From Octopus sinensis (lineage: Eukaryota), in contig NW_021828075.1 in assembly GCF_006345805.1 (NCBI RefSeq), positions 1 through 34,822 of the forward strand: a stretch of DNA of 34,822 bases, written 5' to 3'. This document shows, piece after piece, positions 34,330 to 34,822 of this stretch. The stretch's first letter is position 1, and every line of letters begins with the position of its first letter. The notes beneath the pieces are model-generated. The model did not search any database, had not been told where the DNA came from, and was given only the letters and a program-made list of their open reading frames with translations. Position numbers and translations under genes: made by a program.

Positions 34330-34767
34330 GCGAGCGCACACACACACATATATATATATACGCAAACACAATGCATATGCATACATACAAATACAGACAT
34401 AAGTGCATACATACATACGTAGATATATACATGCATACATATATACATGCATACATACATGTATACATGTTTGCATGCATACATACATACATGCATACAT
34501 ACACGCATGTATGCATGCATATATACATGCATACATATATACATACATACAAACATACATACATCCATATATACATACATACATACATACATACATACAT
34601 ACATACATACAAACATACATACATACATACATACATACAAGCATACATGTATGCATACATACATACATGGATACACACAAGCATACATACATACATACAC
34701 ACAAGCATACATACATACATAATACATACATACATACATACATACATACATACATACATACATACAT
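34330..34767. repeat. (CATA)n microsatellite
   Basis: Visible. Confidence 0.95.
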
Positions 34768-34822
34768 TATGGTCGCTAATGAATTTGAGGAGAGGTATAA
34801 AACAAGGGTTGATATAAATCTC

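Overview
AT-rich, extremely repeat-dense eukaryotic genomic DNA. The SINE families resemble ones I recall from octopus/coleoid cephalopod genomes; this is inference from memory, not a search. No host protein-coding gene can be confidently called, and almost all long ORFs in the track are microsatellite artefacts. The main coding content is two tandem, 5'-truncated copies of a Tx1/L1-group non-LTR retrotransposon (APE-RT-CCHC ORF2; 22718-26339 and 26473-29482) embedded in one long (TATC)n array. A third, diverged 3'-end copy (12854-12974, minus) also sits in TATC repeats. All six junctions abut TATC in the same orientation, which suggests a (TATC/GATA)n-targeting retrotransposon family. The four frameshifts of copy 1 are each repaired by copy 2, giving an intact ~1,100-codon consensus. 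Other content: four non-autonomous Helitrons arranged as two CTAG|TC dimers facing each other, an internally deleted mariner, several MITEs (Tc1-, Tc2- and hAT-like), RTE fragments, two decayed Tx1-type ORF1 relics, at least four tRNA-derived SINE families, a hammerhead-like motif, and several long inverted repeats.
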